Part shown: positions 56,506-64,000 of the stretch, piece after piece
Layout of the letters: every line of letters begins with the position of its first letter
Numbering within the stretch: the stretch's first letter is position 1
Source: a virus
DNA length: 64,000 nt
Reading direction: 5' to 3' (one strand)
IMG/VR virus record: IMGVR_UViG_3300047666_001259
Coordinates: 41,909-105,908 of that record
Notes under the pieces: model-generated
The model's database searches: none
What the model saw: only the letters and a program-made list of their open reading frames with translations
What the model was told of the DNA's origin: nothing
Position numbers and translations under genes: made by a program

Positions 56506-56913
56506 TTATTCGCTTACTGGCAAAGCAGTAGCTAACCAATAATCTTTTTCTTTACTTTCAGAAGAGGAAATCCATCTCATCTTCTGATAACTTCCATCTT
56601 TTTTGATGTATCTGTTAGTTATCATTTCTCCTTTCTTAGGCTTGCCTTCCACCTCTCTGTTATAAATATCTAAAGTTCTTTTTACATCGTCTGGATGAAT
56701 AAAAGTTGCGAAAGGAACAGCGCATAATTCTTCTTTAGTGAAACCAAGTATTTTTGCCCATGATTTATTGACATACAGGAACTTACCCTCTCTGCCGATA
56801 ACCACATTCATGGTCTTACTATTTTCAAAAAAATCTTTATAAGTTTGCGACTTATCGAATATTTTGTCTACGAGATCATAAAATGCATCTCTATTGTTTA
56901 AATTAACCATCAT
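56506..56913 (-). CDS. Stand-alone PAS-domain protein
   Basis: FFENS...GKFLYVNKSW..ILGFT.EEL...PF..FIHPDD...NRY..KDGSY. Confidence 0.88.
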   Translation of the reverse strand: MMVNLNNRDAFYDLVDKIFDKSQTYKDFFENSKTMNVVIGREGKFLYVNKSWAKILGFTKEELCAVPFATFIHPDDVKRTLDIYNREVEGKPKKGEMITNRYIKKDGSYQKMRWISSSESKEKDYWLATALPVSE

Positions 56914-57331
56914 AACCCTTGACTATTCTTTCATTTTTATCTAAAGGAAGACAAACAGCCATAATATGCTTGTTCTCATCTATTGTAGCGCTAATCCAAC
57001 TTACCCTTTGGTAGTCGCCATCTAGCTTTCTAAACCTACAACAAAACCCTTTTGAGAGGACTCCTGATTTGCATTCCTTAATTTTGTTAAACATTTTCTG
57101 AGTTTTATCTATATCATCTGGATGAATATAAACCAAAAATGGGATAGCACACAATTCCTCTTCCGAGAAACCAGTTAACTCAGCCCATCTGCTATTTACA
57201 TAGGAGAATTTACCCTCTGTATTCATAACCATATTAAGAGTTTGACTCTCGTAGAAAAAATCAGCATAAGCCTCCCTCTCTTTGTAAACCAAATCTAATA
57301 CAGTTTCTAATTTATTTTTGTCTTCTAACAT
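56903..57331 (-). CDS. Stand-alone PAS-domain protein (paralog)
   Basis: GKFSYVNSRW..LTGFSEEEL...IHPDD...R.RKLDG.Y. Confidence 0.88.
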   Translation of the reverse strand: MLEDKNKLETVLDLVYKEREAYADFFYESQTLNMVMNTEGKFSYVNSRWAELTGFSEEELCAIPFLVYIHPDDIDKTQKMFNKIKECKSGVLSKGFCCRFRKLDGDYQRVSWISATIDENKHIMAVCLPLDKNERIVKGYDG

Positions 57332-57419
57332 GTAAAGCGCTTTGATATAAATAGTAAATAAAAACCTCTGTTTTTGAAACCCTTCATTATTTTTGCTTAT
57401 CTTTGAAAAAAAACAAACA

Positions 57420-57689
57420 ATGGCAAAACAAGAAATGGTAGATGTTTTTGATGCTCAAGAACTCGCAGTTAATATTCTAGGACTAGATGAAAATCTAGAA
57501 TATGATGATGTAGAAGAAGCTTTTATGAAAAAATTCCACACCGATCTAGATCATTTCGCATACCTTCTAGGTTATTTAGTTCCCATGATTGATGTTGGAA
57601 CCTCAGAGTTAACTGGCAATTCTTATAAAGGGTTCTCAATTGATTTGGGCGGTGATGACCGCATGTTCATCGTTAAAACTGAGGTTTAA
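57420..57689 (+). CDS. Hypothetical protein
   Basis: ATG after the TATCTTTG box; S.LTG..YKGF motif. Confidence 0.55.
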   Translation: MAKQEMVDVFDAQELAVNILGLDENLEYDDVEEAFMKKFHTDLDHFAYLLGYLVPMIDVGTSELTGNSYKGFSIDLGGDDRMFIVKTEV

Positions 57690-58084
57690 TGAATCTATTC
57701 CAACTCCAAAAGACCACACTTAACTCTGGCAAGGTTTCAGAGTTCAAGATAGAATGCGATGCGTTAACCGATGAAGATTGGAATTGTATCGCTTTTCTTT
57801 TAGCAGAAAAATTACCCAACTTCAAAAGAACAATAGGTGCGCCTAAGGGCGGTAATATATTGGCTGAAAAAATGGCAGAATATGCTACCGATAAAGATTC
57901 TCTTCCCACGTTAATTTGTGATGATGTGTTGACAACTGGTGGTTCTATGAGACGTTTTAAGACTATATTAGAGACTACTGAGAGCTATGGGGGCGCAAGA
58001 TATACTGGCGATAAATTCATTGGAGCAGTGGCGTTCCTGAGAGGAAAATGCCCACAATGGATAACTCCTTTACTAAGGATGTAA
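57689..58084 (+). CDS. Type I phosphoribosyltransferase (orotate PRTase-like)
   Basis: SG..SEFKIECDAL, G.PKGG, LICDDVLTTGGS. Confidence 0.8.
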   Translation: MNLFQLQKTTLNSGKVSEFKIECDALTDEDWNCIAFLLAEKLPNFKRTIGAPKGGNILAEKMAEYATDKDSLPTLICDDVLTTGGSMRRFKTILETTESYGGARYTGDKFIGAVAFLRGKCPQWITPLLRM

Positions 58085-58113
58085 CATTTTTAAATTAATC
58101 ACGTTAGAGAATT

Positions 58114-58494
58114 ATGAATATCATTAATATCAATGGCAAAACTATCCACACTAATGGCTCTAGTATTTCCATAAACAATAACCAATTATACATTGATGGA
58201 AAACTTCAGGATCAAGGAGATGTAAAAGTCTTTAATATTACTGTTGAAGGAGATGTTGGCTCAATATCAGGAGGATTCTCCGACATTACAGTAGGTGGAA
58301 ACGTTACTGGTAACATTAATAATGGCTCAGGAGATGTTGAGTGCAACAATGTTGGTGGCTCAATAGCAACAGGCTCAGGAGATGTCGATTGCAAAAACGT
58401 AGGAACAAACATCAAAACAGGATCAGGTAGCGTCAAGTGTGGAGCGGTTGCTGGAGATGTTAAGACAGGATCAGGAAAAATAGTACATAAATAA
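58114..58494 (+). CDS. Beta-strand repeat protein (DUF4097-like)
   Basis: Repeated V.G.I.TGSGDV.C. Confidence 0.7.
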   Translation: MNIININGKTIHTNGSSISINNNQLYIDGKLQDQGDVKVFNITVEGDVGSISGGFSDITVGGNVTGNINNGSGDVECNNVGGSIATGSGDVDCKNVGTNIKTGSGSVKCGAVAGDVKTGSGKIVHK

Positions 58495-58498
58495 AACT

Positions 58499-59620
58499 AT
58501 GAGAAAACCCCGTTGGATAATTCAAGATAATCTCATTTCTGAGAATGATCGAAATGAACTACAAGAAGTCCTAGACTCTCTAGGGATACCTCATGTTGAG
58601 GTAGTTGTACTTCCGTTCTCGGAAGACCTTCCTGAATTCCCAATAGATGCCGAACACGAAAACATCTATTATGGATCGACCACGTTTATGAACAACCTCT
58701 ACAAGCAACTTAAGCCAATAGGTCTTTTCTATAACCACGAAACTTTCTCCATGAAAAATTACATGGAGAAATGGGGTGAGCATATGTTTAATCACGGTGC
58801 AGAATTTACTACAATTTCCCAATTCATCAGAAACACTGAAGATGATGATAAAACTAAAATCTTTATCAGACCAGACGGAGATGGAAAAGAGTTTGACGGG
58901 ACTGTGGGTAGCGCCAGAAGTGCCAAGCTCATGCTGAAAAATTTGCTTCACAACGACCCAAAAGTTGATAGTTGGTTTGAAATCATGGTAGGTGAAGCTT
59001 ATGCAATTAAACGAGAGTGGAGGATTTATATGGTTAACGGAGAAGCTGTCTCAGCGTCTCAGTATCGAAACAACCATACCCTCTCGAAGAACTCTGAAGT
59101 TTCTTACGAAATAAAGAAATTTGCTGAAGAAAGAGCAAAGGAGTACCAACCTCACGAAGTCTTTGCAATGGATATTTGTGAAGCCTTAGATGATGGTGAA
59201 TTAAAACTCTATATCCTAGAATGCGGGTGTATGAATTCGGTTGGATTCTACCACTGTGACAAGCAAGGGTATATAGAAGGGGTGACCAACTATATTGTCT
59301 CGAAACAAATTCCAGATCACACTCTTCTAATCAATGGTGAAGCTCACCCTTGGTCAGAAGAAATAGAAGTTATAGATGAGAGTGAGTTCGGAATGAACAT
59401 CACCATATGCTTCGACTGGTCTTATAGAAAAAGGCAGGTTGAAACAAGACATAACTGCACTGAGCTACATCACCTCTACCATAAAGAGAGAAGGGATTGG
59501 TTTCACCAACTTGATTCTGCTTTTGAAAGTGATATTCACGGAACAGGAGGAACGAAGAGTATGAATAAACTCAAATGGATCAAAGCGGAAAAAGCTTTAA
59601 TCTTACATAAAGAGTACTAA
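58499..59620 (+). CDS. ATP-grasp domain protein (DUF4343/R2K-like) with a C-terminal extension
   Basis: YGS, FIRP....KEF.G, EWR..V.G....SQY, MDI, ILE.G.MNS.GFY. Confidence 0.75.
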   Translation: MRKPRWIIQDNLISENDRNELQEVLDSLGIPHVEVVVLPFSEDLPEFPIDAEHENIYYGSTTFMNNLYKQLKPIGLFYNHETFSMKNYMEKWGEHMFNHGAEFTTISQFIRNTEDDDKTKIFIRPDGDGKEFDGTVGSARSAKLMLKNLLHNDPKVDSWFEIMVGEAYAIKREWRIYMVNGEAVSASQYRNNHTLSKNSEVSYEIKKFAEERAKEYQPHEVFAMDICEALDDGELKLYILECGCMNSVGFYHCDKQGYIEGVTNYIVSKQIPDHTLLINGEAHPWSEEIEVIDESEFGMNITICFDWSYRKRQVETRHNCTELHHLYHKERRDWFHQLDSAFESDIHGTGGTKSMNKLKWIKAEKALILHKEY

Positions 59621-59642
59621 TTGTAAAATTCCGTCTAGACAT

Positions 59643-59678
59643 AAAAAAGCCAGTACATTCTCAGTACTGGCTTTTTTT
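59643..59678 (+). terminator. Bidirectional intrinsic terminator
   Basis: AAAAAA-GCCAGTAC-attctca-GTACTGGC-TTTTTTT between convergent genes. Confidence 0.9.
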
Positions 59679-59679
59679 G

Positions 59680-60006
59680 TTAACACATTTTTTTCAATTT
59701 CATCAATCTTCCTTTAGTGTTTAATTCTTTTCTTTTTAGAACCTTCCCTCCAATCGGAAGAACCACCACTAAGTTATCTGATTTTGCATAATAAGTATGA
59801 TACCTCTTTCCTCTTATAGAGCAACGAATATTCATAATCCCATTAATAACTGAGACCTCTACCGCTTTCATACCATTCAACCTACTCTGACTATCTTGAG
59901 TTTGCATCCAAGCCGATGCTTTCATAAAATATTCACCAACCTGAAGATTTTCAGCTTTGATTAATTTAGTGTGACCAGAAGAAGTTTTTCTTTTTAATAA
60001 TTTCAT
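59680..60006 (-). CDS. Basic hypothetical protein
   Basis: MKLLKRK..SGH.KLIKAENL.VG. Confidence 0.55.
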   Translation of the reverse strand: MKLLKRKTSSGHTKLIKAENLQVGEYFMKASAWMQTQDSQSRLNGMKAVEVSVINGIMNIRCSIRGKRYHTYYAKSDNLVVVLPIGGKVLKRKELNTKGRLMKLKKMC

Positions 60007-60125
60007 GATTTCATGAGTTCGTTAACAACTATCCAATTCGCAAAAATATATCCCTGATGTAAAAAAATTACACCCTATAGCTTGGCTTTTAAACGATCCA
60101 ATAGAAGCTCAGAGAACTCTTTGTC

Positions 60126-60722
60126 CTAATGAGTGATGAAAGTTCTCCTACCGTTCTCATTTCGCTTATCAGCTTGCATTTTTTTACAAGAACCTTTAAG
60201 ATGATCTATTTTCTTTTGCTTTAATTTTTTCATTCTAACCCAATTATATTATATTCGTTTTCTAGAAGAAACGCCTTTTCCATCCGTTCCATCCGAGTAA
60301 ACACTTCAGCCCATGCTTTTTTATTAGATTCGGCATGTTGTATAACCCCAGTCAACACCAAACACTTATCAGCCCTCATTTTTTTAGAGGGAGAACTTTT
60401 TAAATGACCCATGCTTTTTCTTCTTCTAAGTGTTTTCATACCCTTCTATCCTGTATGCCATTTAACTCCACCACCTCTTCTAGTTATTTTGAATTTATTA
60501 TCAGCCCTCATTTTTTTAGAAGGAGGTCTTTTTAAATGACCTATACTCTTTTTATCTCTAAGTGTTTTCATATCAAAATTCTAAGTCATCAATAGTTTTA
60601 AAAGTGTCAAACCTAAGATCAAGGTAAAACAGCTCAACGATAGGTGAAAGCTTCTGGTTTCTAATCTTTTTGCAAGAACCCTTAAAGTGATCAATTTTCT
60701 TTATTCCCTTCCGAGTCTTCAT
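60126..60722 (-). CDS. Four tandem paralogous basic micro-proteins (60573-60722, 60446-60571, 60230-60439, 60126-60233)
   Basis: Hand-translated; shared MK..+.KK..(G/D)H(L/F)K....KK(M/I) leader; DNA direct repeats. Confidence 0.65.
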
Positions 60723-61072
60723 ATCATCTTCTTTATTATTTTCCTCTTCTTTTCAACCTGAAACACTTCATCCTCAAGTATTAAATGGACTCCTACTACC
60801 ACCTTTTTCTTTTTCTTTATTGGAGGTGCATCATTTATATCACTCAAAAAACTTTCAGGATTCCTAGTTCTTGAGAGTTCACATAAAACAATGTTAAAGA
60901 TACGCTTAAATGTCATTTCGTCTATCGATCTTAGTTCAATAGAAGTAACCACAAACCTTCTGTCATACTCTTGAAACTCATCGCCAACAATCACATCTCC
61001 TCGCTGTAAATCAGCAGCCAACTTAGTCGATACCTTCTTTTGCTTTAGGCTTTTCCCGTTGATTAATTTCAT
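60719..61072 (-). CDS. Basic hypothetical protein
   Basis: A.DLQRGDVI...RFVV. Confidence 0.55.
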   Translation of the reverse strand: MKLINGKSLKQKKVSTKLAADLQRGDVIVGDEFQEYDRRFVVTSIELRSIDEMTFKRIFNIVLCELSRTRNPESFLSDINDAPPIKKKKKVVVGVHLILEDEVFQVEKKRKIIKKMI

Positions 61073-61383
61073 CTATATTTGGTTGTTATTAATTTCTTCT
61101 TCTCTACCAAAACAGGCATTAAAATATCAAATGGCAAAATAACAACCGAATTCTTTCCTAATTTTCTCTCGCTATTTTTTGTCCCCCTATTATATAATTT
61201 ATAGACTTTTACCAAAAAAAACCACGTTGCACTTCTATTTAAACCATCATCTACACCTAAAACAACAAACCTACCATCTGATCTATCAATCACATGACCA
61301 CGCTCTAATTTTTGAGGCATCAGGGTTTGAAGTTTTTTATTTCTCCCTTCTGGACGCTTTACTAACTTCCCTAAATCTTTCAT
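61069..61383 (-). CDS. Basic hypothetical protein (paralog of 60719..61072)
   Basis: KLERGHVI....GRFVV; ATGA overlap at 61380-83. Confidence 0.55.
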   Translation of the reverse strand: MKDLGKLVKRPEGRNKKLQTLMPQKLERGHVIDRSDGRFVVLGVDDGLNRSATWFFLVKVYKLYNRGTKNSERKLGKNSVVILPFDILMPVLVEKKKLITTKYR

Positions 61384-61979
61384 TTGATCTTTATCATTGT
61401 GTACCTTCCGTCCTTTAAGGTAATGTAGATACAATCCTTCTTCTCAATCGAATATATCGTGTAGTTGGAATCGTTCAGTCTTCCTTCGTAAGAAATTCTC
61501 TCCCCCTTAAACTCGTCAACCCCACCCAATCTCTCATCCGTAGCTGAAATAAACGCTACTGACTGATCTAAGATTGGAATAAAATGTTCTGGCACAATTA
61601 AATTCAAATCTGCCTTGCTGTTCCCGATATCCTTAATCATCTCCTGATTCACCTGATGAATCAACAACCAAAAAGCTCTCCGTCTAGATGCGTCATCTTT
61701 TTCAGAATCAACAAAATCATACATTCCTAGAATTGTTTTTTCACTGACCTCTTCTGACTCGTTCTGCTCTCCCGTGATCTCCTGAGATGAAAATGAAGAC
61801 TCACCCATCCCACTAGTTCTTACAATAAGTTCCAAATCGAAAAGTAAACCCTCTTGAATCTTGTTTGCTTTTCCCGATCTCACCACATCACTTACAGTCT
61901 CTTCAACCAATTTTTTAATGTGGTCACTATAACCAGAATATTCTGATTTATACTTTTTGATATCGATCTTAAATCCCAT
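61380..61979 (-). CDS. Hypothetical protein
   Basis: ORF track; TATTTTTG upstream. Confidence 0.5.
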   Translation of the reverse strand: MGFKIDIKKYKSEYSGYSDHIKKLVEETVSDVVRSGKANKIQEGLLFDLELIVRTSGMGESSFSSQEITGEQNESEEVSEKTILGMYDFVDSEKDDASRRRAFWLLIHQVNQEMIKDIGNSKADLNLIVPEHFIPILDQSVAFISATDERLGGVDEFKGERISYEGRLNDSNYTIYSIEKKDCIYITLKDGRYTMIKIK

Positions 61980-62263
61980 TGTGTCTAGTTTTATCTACAA
62001 AAATAGAAAAAATTCCTCATAAAATCAATTTTCTCATTGCAATACTTTTTTGCATATTTGCTTTGTACTTAAAAAACCGAGTATAGCTCTGTTTGCTACA
62101 GGATTAGCTTTTTCAAACACAGATGAGATCAACCAATTAAAAGAAGAGGTCAAAAGTTTGAAGAAAAATTCTTAAAATAAGTCTCGGCAAATTTTTTTTT
62201 TGACACCCTAAGATTTAACCCAACCTTTTTGTAACAAATCAAAGATAATCACGTTATATAATC

Positions 62264-62590
62264 ATGGATACAATGGATCAAATAAAAAGAGACTACGAAT
62301 TAGGTCTCCCAGTTCTAACGAAAATTTTTGAACTAAAAAAAGATAAACTTATCCCCCTTATAAAGAAGGTTTGCCAAGGAGTAATCTCGGAACACTACAA
62401 CCACCTCTTTGAGCCAAAAAATGTCAGAGTCACCAAAAAAACAGTAGACGATGAAGTCTCTGAAATTAGAATTGAATTCTATGACGCTCTCTTAATCAGC
62501 CCTATGGGTATTCATCTCTCTCCCGAAAATGGAGCAAACAAAAAAATTATTGCATTTAACGAAACTTTTACCCTAGAAAATCTAATCTAG
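62264..62590 (+). CDS. Hypothetical protein
   Basis: TGTAAC-N16-CGTT upstream. Confidence 0.55.
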   Translation: MDTMDQIKRDYELGLPVLTKIFELKKDKLIPLIKKVCQGVISEHYNHLFEPKNVRVTKKTVDDEVSEIRIEFYDALLISPMGIHLSPENGANKKIIAFNETFTLENLI

Positions 62591-62653
62591 TCTTTATCTT
62601 AAAAAATTTAATCTAACCTTTTCCGACACAACACACACATGTTTTAGGAAAAC

Positions 62654-62690
62654 AAAAAAAAGGAGAGCTGTTATGGCTCTCCTTTTTTTT
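62654..62690 (+). terminator. Bidirectional intrinsic terminator
   Basis: A8-GGAGAGC-tgttatg-GCTCTCC-T8. Confidence 0.9.
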
Positions 62691-62708
62691 ATATAATAGG
62701 TAAATGAA

Positions 62709-63020
62709 TTACCACTCGATCTCCCACTTTCTATCAGTCTGCTCATCTACAGTGATTGTAGAAAAATTTCCTAGAGTCGAAACTGCTTGGATATTCGCTT
62801 GAATGATTACAGTGTTTGTAGTTGATGCTGTCAATATAGAATTACTAGGAACTACAACCTGTGAGAAGTTTGAAATTGTCTGATTTGACTCTACTTGATT
62901 AATATCTGCTAAGTCACCCAAAACAATACTCTTGTAAGCGCCAACGAAAACTCTCTTTGGCATTCCGCTTGCCTTGTAATGGAACCAAGCGTTTGTTGGT
63001 CTGTTGTTTGTTACTTTCAT
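62709..63020 (-). CDS. Hypothetical (possibly structural) protein
   Basis: ORF track. Confidence 0.5.
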   Translation of the reverse strand: MKVTNNRPTNAWFHYKASGMPKRVFVGAYKSIVLGDLADINQVESNQTISNFSQVVVPSNSILTASTTNTVIIQANIQAVSTLGNFSTITVDEQTDRKWEIEW

Positions 63021-63086
63021 GTTATAAAGTATTTAAAGGTTAATGCTAATTAATATCTTAAACTTTTTTCAAACCTACTCGTTTGC

Positions 63087-64000
63087 TTAAACAATTCTTG
63101 TTATACTTCCACTTGTAATGCTGTAAGTGTTTCCGTTGTAGGTATAGTCACCATTAGACAAAGCTGTAGATAATCCAGAGTCTGTATAAACATTCAAGCC
63201 AGTCTGAAGCGAAGAGCCTCCCACTACATAAACTGTAGTGTTGACTCTACCTTGCGCCCAAGCGTAAGAGTCAAAAGCTGCTCCGACTGCATTAATATTT
63301 CCAGCAGCTGTAATCCTACCAGTAGTAAATGTTATGTATTTCCAAGGATCAGTCTGAAATACTGTTCTTGAAACAGAAACTGGAGAGAACCCTTGATCGT
63401 CACTGTAAAAGTAAGTTGCATCAGATAAGTCATATACATCCTCTCCAACCTCGTTGTAGAATGTATAAGATGTTCCTGAAGAGCCTGATAAGTAATAAGT
63501 GTCTGATTCCATTGCGTAATTTGAAGAAGACTGCCTAATACCGCTATTAAAGGTTATCTTTTGATTGGTGTCGGAAGCAGGTACGTCATATTTAAGGGTG
63601 GCACTTATGTTGTAAACAGTGGTTAAGGCTTCGTCTTGGTAGATGGTCGCACTCGGTTGTGATAGACTGACTCCATCCGCCACATAAACAGTATAAACCG
63701 TAGTTCCGATCTCATTAGTTAAAGTGTAACTATCAGCTCCAGCAGACCCGTTAATATGAGAAATAAGACCATTTGTAATCGTAATCGTATCCTCAGCATA
63801 CTTGTAATCTCCATTATATCTCGATGCCAATTGAGTAGGAGTTCTAGAGGTATTAAAAATCGTCCTTCCAATAATAGCTAAGTCACCCAAACTGTTTACA
63901 GAAAAAGCATGCTTCTGACCATCTTTTACCATCAAAAAGCCTTGCTTGTCAGAGTTGATCTCCACAACCTTTCTCTGCCACCTAGCAGTATCAGTTACAG
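63087..64000 (-). CDS. Tail-fibre/virion beta-rich repeat protein, 5' end outside the window
   Basis: Frame open to the window end; repeated T(V/I)Y.D..L.T...G.Y...ITF..G.I units. Confidence 0.6.
   Translation of the reverse strand, partial: VTDTARWQRKVVEINSDKQGFLMVKDGQKHAFSVNSLGDLAIIGRTIFNTSRTPTQLASRYNGDYKYAEDTITITNGLISHINGSAGADSYTLTNEIGTTVYTVYVADGVSLSQPSATIYQDEALTTVYNISATLKYDVPASDTNQKITFNSGIRQSSSNYAMESDTYYLSGSSGTSYTFYNEVGEDVYDLSDATYFYSDDQGFSPVSVSRTVFQTDPWKYITFTTGRITAAGNINAVGAAFDSYAWAQGRVNTTVYVVGGSSLQTGLNVYTDSGLSTALSNGDYTYNGNTYSITSGSITRIV

Noticed and set aside
58114-58494. DNA repeats (GGCTCAGGAGATGT, ACAGGATCAGG) as a separate element
   Set aside because: They are explained by the protein's TGSGDV beta-repeat.
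1-64000. Integrase, transposase or reverse transcriptase for the array
   Set aside because: No ORF shows recognisable tyrosine recombinase (R...HxxR...Y), DDE, HUH or YxDD RT motifs; the enzyme must lie outside the window if it exists.
1-64000. tRNA, rRNA or alternative genetic code
   Set aside because: No cloverleaf or T-loop motifs were recognised in the few intergenic gaps. Genes are full length in code 11 and use TAA, TAG and TGA as stops.

Overview
This is 64 kb of an AT-rich, gene-dense myovirus-type (T4-like morphogenesis) large or jumbo phage genome. The host is most likely Bacteroidota, judged from recurrent TAnnTTTG -7 promoter boxes and A-rich leaders without Shine-Dalgarno sequences. 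Contents: (1) a baseplate/tail module (gp6-like wedge, gp25, gp5/Vgr OB-fold); (2) a gp55-like sigma factor with a truncated tandem paralog, plus two glycosyltransferases; (3) a nucleotide/DNA-modification block (MazG-like, thyA, TET-associated glycosyltransferase, dNMP kinase-HAD); (4) a CCA-adding enzyme and a Pol-beta nucleotidyltransferase; (5) a Preiss-Handler NAD cluster (pncB, nadD, nadE); (6) an HD/P-loop protein, an Adk-DHFR fusion, tandem PAS genes and many small accessory ORFs. The main unexplained structure is at about 38.3-42.3 kb: an integron-like array of attC-type sites (xxxxAAC-hairpin-GTTxxxx). The sequence after each GTT is the reverse complement of the sequence before the next AAC. 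Unlike canonical attC, the G-T wobbles favour folding of the coding strand, ORFs start inside the hairpin loops and stop at the TAA of TAAC, and gene-less units share a CGTTTTAATG core. No integrase is present in the window. Three promoter classes can be read directly: host-type TAnnTTTG, ECF-type TGNAAC-N16-CGTT (8 copies) and late-type TATTTAT. Protein calls come from motif recognition only; no database searches were run.
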